Assembly: GCA_035458995.1 (NCBI GenBank) | Contig: DATHYS010000048.1 | Location: 1 to 62,136 of the forward strand | DNA length: 62,136 nt | Reading direction: 5' to 3' | Source: Nitrosopumilus sp. | GTDB lineage: Archaea > Thermoproteota > Nitrososphaeria > Nitrososphaerales > Nitrosopumilaceae | Shown: positions 61,552 through 62,136 of the stretch, in pieces | Position numbering within the stretch: position 1 is the stretch's first letter | Layout: every line of letters starts with the position of its first letter | The notes under the pieces: model-generated | Told to the model about the DNA's origin: nothing | The model's input: only the letters and a program-made list of their open reading frames with translations | Databases searched by the model: none | Translations under genes and position numbers: made by a program

Positions 61552-61587
61552 ATTCTAAACTTAAGCGTATTGTATCAAGAGTAGAAT
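61552..61587 (-). repeat. Degenerate full cassette repeat K
   Basis: Minus strand ATTCTACTCTTGATACAATACGCTTAAGTTTAGAAT. Confidence 0.8.
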
Positions 61588-61602
61588 GACTTTTTTTAGT
61601 GG

Positions 61603-61791
61603 ATGGTACTACAAAGTATAATGGAAGATCCTGACAAATACGAAACCATATCAATTGAATCAAAGGTTAGGGAGGGAGTATTCCACAAGGTAGTCAAAGA
61701 CAAGGAGACAGGAAAGGCAGTATCGTGCTCCTGCAAGTGCTGGAGCAAGGGAGGCAAGGCTTGCTTTGGGATGAAAAGCATTGGAATTTAG
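61603..61791 (+). CDS. Small SWIM-like Cys-rich protein
   Basis: IESKVREGVFHKV...SCSCKC...AC; canonical terminal His not seen. Confidence 0.5.
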   Translation: MVLQSIMEDPDKYETISIESKVREGVFHKVVKDKETGKAVSCSCKCWSKGGKACFGMKSIGI

Positions 61792-61899
61792 TTATCTATG
61801 ACAATCGCACATGCAGCTTTTAGGAGTACATCTATGGTTGATGCAGTCTTTGCAGCCCTTACTTCTGCCACTTTTTACCCGTAATCGTTCTCTGTCCAA
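61792..61899 (-). CDS. Putative 35-aa Cys-rich microprotein
   Basis: (TTG)DRERLRVKSGRSKGCKDCINHRCTPKSCMCDCHR. Confidence 0.5.
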   Translation of the reverse strand: MDRERLRVKSGRSKGCKDCINHRCTPKSCMCDCHR

Positions 61900-62136
61900 T
61901 AATCTCAAAAACTCTACCAACAAAATGAACTTTAGGATTTCAGTGTAAAGAGGATCAATGATTCATTCTCGTTAAATATTATTTTCACGTATACTATATC
62001 AACATGGAAGAAAGTCAGAATCAAATGTCATGGGAAGATGCGATAGGTTTGGCATACTTGATTTCTGACGACTAGTCTTTTTTTGTTTTATAATTTAGAA
62101 TTCAAGGATTGAAAGTACATCATCTTTTAATCGGTT

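Noticed and set aside
62004-62075. 23-aa ORF MEESQNQMSWEDAIGLAYLISDD
   Set aside because: Too short, with no motif or coupling to support a call.

Overview
AT-rich archaeal chromosome segment whose gene content and protein sequences point to a Nitrosopumilus-like ammonia-oxidising thaumarchaeon (inference). Most of the window is core housekeeping: exosome/prefoldin/L37ae cluster, rpoD-L18e-L13-S9, two isopropylmalate-dehydratase-family pairs, cofE, 2-oxoacid:ferredoxin oxidoreductase, an intron-containing tRNA-Ser(GGA), secY/adk/cmk/cbf5, argF, ftsY, SOD, pckA, secE-spt5-L11, L1-L10, L12, alaS and leuS. The unusual content is in three accessory patches (about 19.6-21.0 kb, 45.9-52.8 kb, 60.0-62.1 kb) packed with 26-70 aa ORFs, many Cys/Zn-binding and mostly missing from the supplied ORF track. 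In the last two patches the micro-genes are punctuated by a conserved 42-bp element, TAGATTCTAAACTCTTTTG(A/C)GA(ATAT/GCAG)ACAATACGCTTAAGTT, or by its halves. The left half is near-palindromic and overlaps stop codons. The right half usually ends 20-25 nt upstream of the next start codon. This looks like a cassette array of micro-genes, each with a portable promoter, reminiscent of integrons, but no integrase is visible in the window. Micro-ORFs were translated by hand and no database searches were run.
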